Shown here piece after piece: positions 23,766 to 35,875 of a stretch of DNA of 64,000 bases; positions within the stretch are counted from its first letter, which is position 1; each line of letters opens with the position of its first letter. Below the pieces are notes generated by a model. It made no database searches. It was not told the DNA's origin and saw nothing but the letters and a program-made list of their open reading frames with translations. Origin of the DNA: Zygnema circumcarinatum SAG 698-1b (lineage: Eukaryota; Plantae; Zygnematophyceae); NCBI GenBank assembly GCA_037447605.1, contig CM074809.1, forward strand, positions 248,001 to 312,000, read 5' to 3'. The translations under genes were made by a program, and so were the position numbers.

Positions 23766-24558
23766 TGTAGTGTACAATAGGGGTATAGTACGACGTAGTA
23801 CACTTTACGGTCCTTAGCCGATGTCGGCGGTCCTTGGTTGATACGGTCACAGTCTGAACAGTGCGCTAGAGCGCTGTTCTGAGTCGGAAGACTTTCGGGT
23901 TTAAATAGGACACGTGGCGGGCGGCGATAGGCCGCGCCACCAGTGGAGTCCGCTTAGGTTTATAAGTGTTGTGTGGACACGTGGCGCGCGACGATAGGTC
24001 GCGCGGCTATGAGTTAGCTTAGTACGGATAATTGGAGCGACAGAGGAGCTTTCGGAAGGGAGTTTCGGTACGGACGCTCCCCTTCCCATGGTGGCCTCCC
24101 GAGCTGAGCTCCCGCGCGGCGCGGAGCGAACTCCAGAAGGCGCGGAGCGACCTCGACGACATGGAGGTGGAACGCGGTGACACGCGGTGGAACGTGGAGG
24201 TGCTTCAGCGGCCAGTATTTAGTGTGCTTAGAGCATAGAGTTAGCAACCCTTAGAACCTTGCATCTCGGCTTGTGGTGCTGAGTGTAGAGGCCTGCTGTA
24301 TGGGCAGCAGTAGATAGGTGTGTAGGGCAGAGCAGTAGGAATCGCCTGAGGGCTGAGTTTCTGTGTGTAACCCTTCTTATCTATTTTTAAGGAGTTTTGA
24401 GCCGGTGGGGCTTTCTCCTCTTACTTCACTTCTCGGTGTTCTTTTCTTTTCAGCTTTCATTCTCTTTCCGGTGTGTGCATTGGGAGGGTGTGTTCGCTGA
24501 AGTGCAAGGATGTCTGAGAGTGCAGCAAGTGAGAGAGACCAGGCTCTAGTTTCCAACA
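23766..24558 (+). repeat. 3' LTR of the Copia element (793 bp)
   Basis: Follows the purine tract GAGAGGGGGAA, starts TGTAG, ends CCAACA and is followed by the TSD. Confidence 0.95.
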
Positions 24559-26939
24559 GGAGCATGTGGCAGTTCCAAGGGTGGGGATGCCCCGCTTCCA
24601 CACGGAGCATGTGGCAGTTCCAAGGGCGAGAATCTCCGCATGGCGGAGCCAACCCCTGCTGAAGGCGAAACAGGTACGGTCTTGTTTTTTTCCCTCTCAC
24701 TCTTATGCTCTCTCTCTCTCCCACTCTCTCTCTCTATCTCTCTTTCTCTCTATAATTGATCGCTCGGAGAATCTATAAGCATTGGAGAGAGAATGTCACC
24801 GTGCTTTTGGATGGAGCTCGCCACATGGCGGACATGCGCAGCACCTAATAATTAGACCACGCTTTGCTTGCTGCTTGCCATAACGTAGATTTATTCGTCG
24901 TGGCAGTCGTAATTCTGCTAACTGAGTTCCTCATCGTAATTGTTTCCTTTGAGCTCATTTTTCATCACAATTTATTGTGCTGCTCTTTGAACAGGTGGAG
25001 GCAAACTCGAAGCAGATGATGATGAATCTGGAGCAGGGGAAGAGAGGCTTCGATCGCAGGATTGGAGAGATGATGGCCCTCCGTGCTGAGCGAGAGGATA
25101 TGCTGAACAAAACGAGGCAGGCGGAGCAGCAGGCAGCGGAATTCAGTGCAACTGAACAGAGAGTGCGAGAGGTTGTTGGTATGAAGAGGATGGCTGTGTA
25201 TGACGGCGAGGCGGAGGCGAAAAGGCTCAAGGTGTCAGTGGAGGAGCGCACGAGGAAACCGGCTGATAACATACTCGAGGTAAGCTTCATGATGATGACG
25301 ATGATGATAATGCTGATGTTTTTTTTTTTTTTTATGTTTGATGTTTGATTGTTTGATGCATGATATATGATGATTGATGATGATTGATGATGATTGATGA
25401 TGATTGATTGATGATTGATTGATGATTGATTGATGATTAATTGATGATTGATGATGATTGATTGATGATTGATTGATGATTGATTGATGATGATTGCTGA
25501 TGATTGCTAATGATTGATGATGATTGATGATGATTGATTGATGATTGATTGATGGTTGATCGATGATTGATTGATGGTTGATTGATGATGATGATGATGA
25601 CGACGATGACGATGAGGACGACGGCGATGATGATGCTAATGATAATGTGTTTTCACAGGTGTGTGAGACGGCAAGGAAGGCGAGGAATGCCGATCAGCAG
25701 CTACTCTTAAAGAGAAAGTATCGTTTTGACGACATGCAGGCGAGGCAGGAAGCGGGGGAGGAGCTGAACAATGAGATTGTCAATGTGGAGCAGAAGAGGC
25801 GATGCTTAATGACTGAAAGTGGGACTTTCAAGAAGGAGAAAGAAGGTCAGTCAGATGTTCGAACACCTTTACCAGTTAGGGTAAAGGTGGAGCCGGGGGT
25901 AGGTGTTGTTGTGGGAGAGGCCTTTGCCAAGGGAAGAAAGGACCAGGTACCTCCTCCTATGAGGATGATAGAGCCGGGACTTGAGGGAGAGGAAGAAGTT
26001 CTTATTTGGGGGAAGGGGGGGTGGGAACCTCTTCCTATGAGAGTAAAAGGAGAGCCGAGACTTGAAGGAGAGGAAGAGGTCGTTATTTGGGGGAGGAGGG
26101 GGTGGGAACCTCTTCCTATGAAAACAAAGCGAGAGTCGGGACCTGAGGGAGAAGAAAAAGTCACTACAAAGGGGATGGGGAGGCACGTACCTCTACCTAT
26201 GAAAGTGAAGGTAGAGCCCGGATTTGAGGGAGGTACAGAGGTCATTACCGGGGAGAGAGTGGGGAGGGAACCTCATCTTGTGAGAGTAAAAGTAGAGCCG
26301 GGGCTCTAAGGAGAGGAAGAGGTCGCTATTTGGGGGAAAAGGGGGTGTAGGAACCTCTTTTTGTGTGAATGAAGAGAGATCCGAGACTTGAGGGAGAGAG
26401 AAAAGTCACTACCATGGGGGGCAGGCAGAGGTCAAAGCAAGTCAACAAGCGATTGCGTTAAAAGCAAGTCAACGAGCGACTGCGTTAAATTTGACTGAAG
26501 AAAACCAATGGTATCAATCAAGGATTTCTTAGGAATTTTTTTGTGTTTTTTGATTTATTTTTAGCATCATTTGTAACGACGTGTTGCAATGTTTTAGGGG
26601 TGGTTGACTGCATCTTGGCAGAAAGAGTGGGAGCGATTTGGGAGAAAAGAGAGATGTTGATATTTTAGGGGTCTTAAAAATCCAAAGCACACAAGGAACA
26701 AGGGCAGAGTTGATAATTCGAGGAGTTGGAGATGCTTTGTTTGAATGTACAAGAGTCTCTGTTTGTCTTTTTTAGCTTTTTCAGGTTTTTAGGGCGTTGG
26801 GGCGATAAGAGAGGTGTCACAAGTAGGAATTAGGAAACTTCAAATATTTGCTGTTTGGCCCTTTTTGGGGCTTTCTCTTTACAAGTTGCTTACTTGGTTG
26901 GAGGGAAAGCTTCGTGTGTTACACATGGACAATGGTGAT

Positions 26940-27727
<788 letters not shown>

Positions 27728-28611
27728 TTGCATTGGGATGTTTACTTTCACCATGACACTTTGCACCCTATTCGTATATCCGGACGAGCTCATGTCCATG
27801 TATCCATGTGCTTTCTCATGTTGTACATGTTGACGAGCACTTCCTCTGCCATGATGATGTGCCAGGTTCAGGTTCATTTGTGCGCATACCGACCAATAAA
27901 ATGACAGATCATATCACATCACATCATATCACATCATCATCCGTACATGGCCTTTTCTATGAGATAGATCCACAAGATTCCTTCGCTCCTCAACGTTTTC
28001 AAAATTTCAAGTTTTCCTTGAGTTCTTATCTTCGAATCACTGTTTTGAATCTGTCTAACTTGATAAGAGTACATTGCAACTTTTTGACGGTAGGCTCAAC
28101 TTCTCGACTTGTGCTACAAGCGCTGTATTGCTTCTACAGTGGCCCCTTCTACACAGGTTTCCTCTTCAAACCCATCCACAAGAACAAGAGTAAAAACTGT
28201 TCATATTTGGGAGTTGCATCTCCAAGGTGAGGTGGGCTATACAATCATTCACAAAATCCAAGGTGAGCCTAATACCTTGCGTGCTACAGAAATGTACAAA
28301 GCTATGGACACAGGTCGCCGGCTATCAAAAAGGAACTTCCTCACTCCCACGCTACAAAACGGGTTTTTTTTGTTGAAAAAAACAGCTAGCCGTTATCCTT
28401 GGCCTGAAGAAAGATTCCATTGGAAAAAAAAAAAAAAAAGTGGGAGTGGAAACTGGACTGGCACGCACTGACGGCGAAATTTCAAAATTCCGAAATTCAA
28501 AGGTGGGACTTCCGTAATATTATCAAAATTAGACCCATTATTGCTGCCCCCCTTTCGAGCTGTGAATGCTTTGCGAGATCAGGATGCGTCTCCTTCACAT
28601 GAAGGGGCAGG

Positions 28612-30922
28612 GCAGGGCAGGGTTTTGCAGGGCAGGGTTTTACTTGTAGGGCAGGGTTTTTCTTGCATGGCAGGGTTTTGCAATGCAGGGCTTTGCAAGG
28701 CAGGGTTTTTCATTGCAGGGTTTTGCAGGCAGAGTTTTGCAGTGCAGGGTTTTGCAAGGCAGGGTTTTGCAGGGCAAGGTTTTGCATGGCAAGGTTTTGC
28801 AGGGGAGGTTTTTGCCGGGCAGGGTTTTGCAAGGGAGGCTTTTGCCGGGCAGGGTTTTGCAGGGCAGGGTTTTGCAAGGCAGGGTTTTTCAGGGCTGGGT
28901 TTTGCAGGGCCGCGCTTTTCTTCCAGGGCAGGGTTTTTCTTGCAGGGCAGGGTTTATTTTTCAGGCAGGGCAGGGTTTTGCAGGGCAGGGTTGTGCAAGA
29001 CAGGGTTTTCCAAGGCAGGGTTTTGCAGGGCAGGGTTTTGCAGGACAGGGTTTTGCCGGCCAACCCTGCCTTGCAAAACTCTGCCCTGCAAAACCCTGCC
29101 TTGCAAGAAAAATCCTGACCTGCAAGATAAACCCTACTCTGCAAAATCCTGCCCTGCAAAACCCTGCCCTGCAAAACCCTGCCTTGCAAGAAGAATCCTG
29201 CCCTGCAAGATAAACCCTGCTCTGCAAAACCCTGCCCTGCAAAACCCTGCCTTGCAAGCCCTGCCTGTAGGGCAAGGTTTCGCAGGGCAGCGTTTTTCTT
29301 GCCGGGGAGGGTTTTTCAGGGCAGGGTTTTGCACTGCAGGGTTTAGCAAGGGAGGGTTTTTCAGGGCAGGGTTTTGCACTGCAGGGTTTAGCAAGGCAGA
29401 GTTTTGCAGGGTAGGGTGTTGCAAGGCAGGTTTTGCAAGGCAGGGTTTTTCAGGGCAGTGTTTTGCAAGGCAGGGTTTTTCAGGGCAGGGTTTTGCAAGG
29501 CAGGGTTTTTCTGTTCAGGGTTTTGCAGGGTAGGGTTTTTCTTGCAGGCCAGGGTTTTGCAAGGCAGGATTTTTCAGGGCAGGGTTTTGCAAGGCAGGGT
29601 TTTTCAGGGCATGGTTTTTCAGGCAGGGTTTTGCAGGGCAGAGTTTATCTTGCAGGGCAGGATTTTTTTTGCATGGCAGGGTTTTGCCGGCAGAGTTTTG
29701 CAGGGGAGGGCAGGGTTTTTCTGGGCAGGGTTTTGCAGGGCAGCGTTTCTGTTGCAGGGCAGGGTTTTTCTTGAAGGGCAAGGTTATGCAGGGCAGGGTT
29801 TTGCAAGGCAGGGTTTTTCATTGTAGGGTTTATCTTGCAGGGCTGGGTTTTTTTTGCAGGGCAGGGTTTTGCATGGCAGGGTTTTGCTAGGCAGGATTTT
29901 TTCTGCTCAGGGTTTTGCAGAGTAGGGTTTGCAGGGCATCTTGCAGGTCAGGATTTTTCTTGCAAGGCAGGGTTTTGCAGGGCAGGGTTTTGCATGGCAG
30001 GGTTTTGCTGGGCAGGGTTTTGCAGGGCAGGGCAGGGTTTTTCAGGGCAGGGTTTTGCAGGGCAGCGTTTCTGTTGCAGGGCAGGGTTTTTCTTGAAGGG
30101 CAAGGTTTGCAGGGCAGGGTTTTGCAAGGCAGGGTTTTTCAGGGCATGGTTTTTCAGGCAGGGTTTTGCAGGGCAGAGTTTATCTTGCAGGGCAGGATTT
30201 TTTTTGCATGGCAGGGTTTTGCAGGGCAGCGTTTCTGTTGCAGGGCAGGGTTTTTCTTGAAGGGCAAGGTTATGCAGGGCAGGGTTTTGCAAGGCAGGGT
30301 TTTTCATTGTAGGGTTTATCTTGCAGGGCTGGGTTTTCCAAGGCAGGGTTTTGCAGGGCAGGGTTTTGCAGGGCAGGGTTGTGCAAGACAGGGTTTTCCA
30401 AGGCAGGGTTTTGCAGGGCAGGGTTTTGCAGAGCAGGGTTTATCTTGCAGGGCAGGATTCTTCTTGCAAGGCAGGGTTTTGCAGGGCAGGGTTTTGCAGG
30501 GCATTTTGCAGAGTAGGGTTTATCTTGCAGGTCAGGATTTTTCTTGCAAGGCAGGGTTTTGCAGGGCAGGGAGGGTTTTTCAGGGCAGGGTTTTGCAAGG
30601 CAGGGTTTTTCTGTTCAGGGTTTTGCAGGGTAGGGTTTTTCTTGCAGGCCAGGGTTTTGCAAGGCAGGGTTTTGCAAGGCAGGGTTTTTCAGGGTTTTTC
30701 AGGGCAGGGTTTTGCAAGGCAGGGTTTTGCAGGGCAGCGTTTCTGTTGCAGGGCAGGGTTTTTTTTGCAGGGCAGGGTTTTGTTGCAGGGCAGGGTTTTG
30801 CATGCAGGGCAGGGTTTTGCATGGCAGGGTTTTGCTAGGCAGGATTTTTTCTGCTCAGGGTTTTGCGGGGCAGGGGGCTGCAGGGCAAAGGGCTTTAGGG
30901 CAGGGCTTTTCGGCAGGGCAGG
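28612..30922. repeat. Degenerate satellite, unit of about 15 bp (GCAGGGCAGGGTTTT / GCAAGGCAGGGTTTT), with an internal inverted block at about 29061-29265
   Basis: About 2.3 kb of tandem variants; the block at 29061-29265 reads AAAACCCTGCCCTGC. Confidence 0.93.
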
Positions 30923-31102
30923 GCACATGTGCAGCACGTAATAGTTATGACCTGCTTTGCTTGCTGCTTGCCGTAACTGTGATAACGCGCCCGTAGATAC
31001 ATTTGTTGTGATAGTCGTGATTTTCCGAACTGTGGTGCTCATCGTGATTTTTTTCTCTGAGCTCAAATTTCATGTGTCTTTGTTGGGCTGCTCGTTGAAC
31101 AG

Positions 31103-32040
31103 TTGGTGGCAAACTCGAAGTAGATGATGAAGCTAGAGCAGGAGAAGAGGAGCCTCGTTTGCAGGGCTGGCGAGATGGAGGCCCACATTGCTGAGCTGGA
31201 AAATTTGCATAATAGAAAGAGGCAGGCGGAGCAGCAGGCGGCGGAATTCAGTGCAACTGAACAGAGAGCACTGGAGGTTATTGTATGAAGTTGATGGTTG
31301 TGTATGACGAAGAGGCGGAGGCAAAAAGACTCCGCCTATTAAGGTATTAATGGGTGAGCAGACAAGGAAACAGGTTGAATTGAAGGAGGATATAGTCAAG
31401 GTAAGCTTTTGGGAGCTATCATTGACCTTTGTATAAATGTTGAATAAGAGTGGACCTTTCTCCTCTCACTATTAGTGGGAGTTAGAAATTGACGAGAGCG
31501 TACTTATTTCCCGAATTTAGTATACTAAAAGTCAAAGTTTCGTGTACGAAGTCCGGGTCTGGGTCCGCAGCTCTGTCGTACACATCCGTACCAAAATGCG
31601 TACAGTACCTAGCCAATGCTTAATTCGCACAATAGGCTTACTAAATTTGGCCATGGTCAATGTCTGACTCCCCCTATTATTTTGAATTTTCAGTTTTAAT
31701 GTTGATGTTGATGTTGATGTTGATCTTGATGTGTTGTTGATGTTGATCTTGATGTGTTCTCTCACAGGAAGGCGAGGAGTGTTGATTTGCAATTACGGCT
31801 GAAAAGAAAGTACCTTTCCGATGGCATGCAGGCGATGGAGGAAGAGAAGGAGGAGCTGAAAAGTGAGGTTGTCAATTTGGAGCAGAAGAGGCTGCGCTTA
31901 ATGACTGAAATTGAGACTTTAAAGAATCTAATTGGTTTGCGACCCAGCCAACCATTGCCACTGGATGCAACCATTGGTTCAATGCTTGCCAGAAACTGTC
32001 AATGCTTCGTTCGAGGTCTGTCAATCGGAGTCGAAGTGTA
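31103..32040 (+). pseudogene. Decayed duplicate of the two coiled-coil exons of the orphan gene
   Basis: 31103-31400 parallels 24995-25279 (LVANSK*MMKLEQEKR...RQAEQQAAEFSATEQR) and has in-frame stops. 31768 onward parallels 25659 onward (RKARSVDLQLRLKRKY...VVNLEQKRLRLMTE). Intron similarity extends back to about 30925, corresponding to about 24835. Confidence 0.8.
31474..31674. mobile_element. Putative MITE, about 200 bp
   Basis: Imperfect terminal inverted repeats (AGTGGGAGTTAGAAATTGAC ... GTCAATGTCTGACTCCCCT) with ATT on both sides. It is absent from the homologous intron at 25280-25658. Confidence 0.5.
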
Positions 32041-32399
32041 GTGGTGCCGTAGTGGTTGCCAGCCATGAGATGCGTCCAATGGTTGGGAGCCATTGGCAAT
32101 GATTGCCGGCCAATGGTTGGAACAATTGAATATGAGTAAGGATAGAAAAGAGAGAAAGAAGGAGAAGGGGAGGGGAAGGGGATGGGGAGAGAGAAATAGA
32201 GTGAATGAACAACTTTTATTTACATATTACACTATTTTGTGAACAGCCTTATTTACAAATTTCACAATGTTGAAAAAAATAATCTCATCCTAGCCATCCC
32301 CCCCCCCCCCCCCCCCCCTTTACCCTCTATTCACAGAATGCATGAATGAAAGCAGTGTACGAGAACATCACCTCTGAGTCCCCTAAAGTGCTGAAATCC

Positions 32400-32835
32400 C
32401 TAAACAACAGCCTTCCCCTTCACAGCATGAACCTCCGTAAGCTTTCGATGGGCCCTGAAAGTCTTTAATAGCATTTTGCGAAGGGATGTTTTTTGCCTTT
32501 CTGAGAACCAATCCTTCGCTGCGAGCGCGGTTGTAAGCACACAAAGAAGCTCATCGGGAGGGTCTTGAAGAGCAACAAGGAGACCCTTCTGCCATTCGTC
32601 GAAGCCGCTTCGAATTCGAAGAAGCACCAAATTGGTATCAAGTTGAGGAGGTTTTCGACGGAGGTTTCGGGAAATGTCCTCCGCTATCTGCGTGAGAGTG
32701 AGCCCCGGCTCGTCCCACCTGCTGCAGAGACGGAGAGAAAGAGAGAGAGAGAGCGCGACAGAGGGAGGGAGTGGGAGAGGGAGCGGGAGAGCGAGAGAGA
32801 GAGTGAGAGAGAGAGAGAGAGACAGAGAGAGAGAG

Positions 32836-32924
<89 letters not shown>

Positions 32925-34018
32925 GAGAGAGAGGGAGGGAGAGGCCCCACCCACCTGAGGGTGTCTTCCCCCCCTGCTTGCAGCTCCTCCAGGTGCGCTC
33001 TGCAGTCCGCGAGCTGTGCTCGGCAGAGGACGAGTTCCTGCCTGTACTCGCGCAGCTCCGCGTCTTTCTCAGCGCATTCCTGAGAAGGAGCCCCCCCCGA
33101 AACCCACACTGCTGACACCATGCAAAGCTCCAAAACCCTATGCCCCAAAAAAAAAACTGCAAGACCCAAAACCCCAAAGATTCAGAACGTAGAAATTTTG
33201 GGCCCAGAGGCCCAAAATCCCCAAGAAAGCCAACGACTGCAAAACGCAAAATGACAAAAAAATCAGAAACCCGAAACCGACAATAACAACTCCTGAAAGT
33301 GGAGCCCTAATATCCGTGCAGGAAAATCTCGAGAGGAGAGGAAGGGGAGGGTTACAACAGGAAGCGAGGACTTTAGAGCTGCATAGGTTCCAACATGGCC
33401 AAAAACATTTCCCGTTTTTCCACTCCGCCCCTTCCCTTCCTCCCCCTCTAACCCAGCCCATCCCTCCTCTCCTCCCTCCCCACCCTTTCCCCTCTCGTCC
33501 CCTCTCCTCTCCTCTCCTCTCCTCTCCCGTCTCTCTTCCCCCCAATCCTCCCTTCCCTCCATCCCTCCTCTCTTCTCTCTCCCACTCCCCACTCTCTCCC
33601 CTCTCCCGTCTCCCTTCCTCCCCTCTCCCCTACCCTCTCCCTCCCTGCCCCCAACCCTCCCTTCCCCCTTCCCCCTCCCCCCCCTCCTCCCCCATACCTC
33701 GCAGTGCTGAATGCTGCATGAGAAGCGGTGTGCCCCCATCTCCTCGCGCGGCACCCTCCGGCTGCAGGACGCGCAGGGGACCTCCTCCCTCCGGCACGCG
33801 CCCGCGTGGGTGGGCAGCTCCGAGAGCTCGCCCCGCCACGCGCAGCCCTTGGCGTGGTGGGGACACCGCACGGAGGTGCGGCCGAGGAGGCGGTACACGA
33901 GGGGGTTCACATCGCGCACCGACTGCGGAGAGAGAGAAAGAGAGGAGAGAGCGAGAGAGAGGGGGGGTGGGGAAGAGAGAGGGAGAGCGAGGGAGAGGGG
34001 GAGAGAGAGAGAGAGAGC

Positions 34019-34056
<38 letters not shown>

Positions 34057-34160
34057 GAACGAGCGAGTGAGTGAGCGAGAGAGAGTCGGAAAGAGTGCGA
34101 GAAAGTGGGAGAGGGAGTGGGGGAGAGAAAGAGGGGAAAGGAAGTGTGAGAGAGCGAGCG

Positions 34161-34223
<63 letters not shown>

Positions 34224-34300
34224 GAGAGAGAGAAAGAGAGGAGAGAGCGAGAGAGAGGGGGGGGGGGGAAGAGAGTGGGAGAGGGGGAGCGAGGGAGAGG

Positions 34301-34374
<74 letters not shown>

Positions 34375-34472
34375 GCGAGTGAGTAAGCGAGAGAGAGTCG
34401 GAAAGAGTGCGAGAAAGTGGGAGAGGGAGTGGGGGAGAGAAAGAGGGGAAGGGAAGCGTGAGAGAGCGAGCG

Positions 34473-34541
<69 letters not shown>

Positions 34542-35179
34542 AGAGGCACACCCGGAGGTCGGCGTCAATAAGCGGCTTGCGGTCTGCCGGGCACTGCCCG
34601 CTCACTCTGAGCGCCGCTGTGATGCACGACGCGCAGAAGATGTGCCCGCAAGGGGTCTGCAGGCGCAGGCTCAGGGCCGAGGGTTTAGGGTTTAAGGTTT
34701 AAGGGATGGGGGTTGAAGGGTTAAGGAATTAGGAATCAAGGTGTAAGGGTTGGAGGTTGGGTGTCATGGTTTAAGAGTACGGAGTTAGGGTTCAGGGATC
34801 GAGTGATTGGGTGTTTGGGTTGGGGTTCAGCGTCTGAGAAATGGGGGCGAGAATTTAAGGGTTGAGGGTCAGGGTTTAAGGGATGTGGTTTAAGTTTCAG
34901 GTTGGATTGTCACGGAGTTGATGGATGCCGGCAACCGATTGCATGATGGTTTCGAGAATAAGAAAAGAGGTGGAGAGAGGGAGGGCGAGATAGGGAAAGA
35001 AGGGAGACAGAGAGAAAGTGAGAGAGATAGTGAGAGAGAGAGAGATATTGAGAGAGAGAAAGCAAGAGAGAGAGGACCTGCAGGCCGCTGCGCGGCGCGA
35101 CGAGGTCGGTGCAGACGGGGCAGTAGAGCTCCTGCGGAACCAAATGCGGCTCCAGCAGACACTCCGTCGGCACGCCCAT
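32400..35179 (-). CDS. RING (C3HC4) + TRAF-type zinc finger + coiled coil + uncharacterised C-terminal domain; probable E3 ligase
   Basis: Phase-consistent exons 35179-35078, 34656-34552, 33922-33698, 33079-32955 and 32718-32400. They encode CPVC...PCGHIFCASCI...CPADR and CPHHAKGCAWRG...HAGAC...CASC...H...C. Confidence 0.85.
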
Positions 35180-35875
35180 GGCCGCCCGAGAGAGAGAGGG
35201 AGAAAGAGGGAGAGAGAGAGAGACGGAGAGAGGGGGGAAGGGGAGGACAGGGAGAGAGGGAGAGTGTGAGGGAGGGAGAGAGAGAGTGGGAGGGGAGGGG
35301 CGAGGTGGGAGGGAGGGAGAGTGGGAGGGAGGGAGAGAGAGGGAGGGGAGGGGAGGGAAGGGGAGGAAGGGAGGGAGAGTGGGGGGGAGGGAGAGAGGGA
35401 GGGGAGGAGAGGGAGGGAGGAAGAGTGGTAGGGAGGGGAGGGAGGGAGTGTGTTAGCGACAGGTGAGGGGTTGGAGCTGTTGAGTGGACCGGCGGTGGGA
35501 GGTCAACTGTTGACTCCGGTCACGGGAGGAGGATCAAGAACCCGGATCGATCGGCGGATCACGTGGAGGATCAACCAATGGATATTGAATCTTGAGAAAC
35601 GGGTTCTGCTTCTTCCAATGGCAAATGATCGCGTAGGAAAATCCTACACGTGGTGAGGAGTTATTGGTTGTAAATTGAAAATTTGGCCTCGGATCGTGAT
35701 TTCGGATCCAACGGGAAGTTGTAAAAGGCTGAGATTCTCAATGCACGAAGATTCTTCATGCAAGCTCTAAGATTTTACATATCTGATCCGATTCTTGGTC
35801 AGATTCGAAACCGAATCTGATCTGATTCCCTTCCCTCGTCAAGCTCCAATCGCCGCTCGCTCCCTTTCCCGCGAA

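Larger units (their letters stand above)
16944..24558 (+). mobile_element. Ty1/Copia LTR retrotransposon; internal gag-PR-IN region absent from the assembly
   Basis: TG...CA LTRs at 16944-17764 and 23766-24558. TSD GGAGC at 16939-16943 and 24559-24563. iMet-type PBS start TGGTATCA at 17766 and a polypurine tract before the 3' LTR. The RT-RNaseH ORF shows Copia motifs. Confidence 0.93.
16511..26309 (+). pseudogene. Orphan coiled-coil protein with C-terminal VKxEP repeats, disrupted by the Copia insertion; true 5' end uncertain
   Basis: Removing 16944-24563 (element plus one TSD) rejoins ORF 16511-16943 in frame with 24564-24673. Phase-0 exons 24995-25279 and 25659-26309 follow, all with GT/AG boundaries, giving about 490 aa without stops. 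Confidence 0.65.

Noticed and set aside
28541-31066. QGFAG / CRAGF / PCPAK repeat ORFs
   Set aside because: A 15-bp satellite is open in many frames on both strands, with frame-breaking indels and no gene structure.
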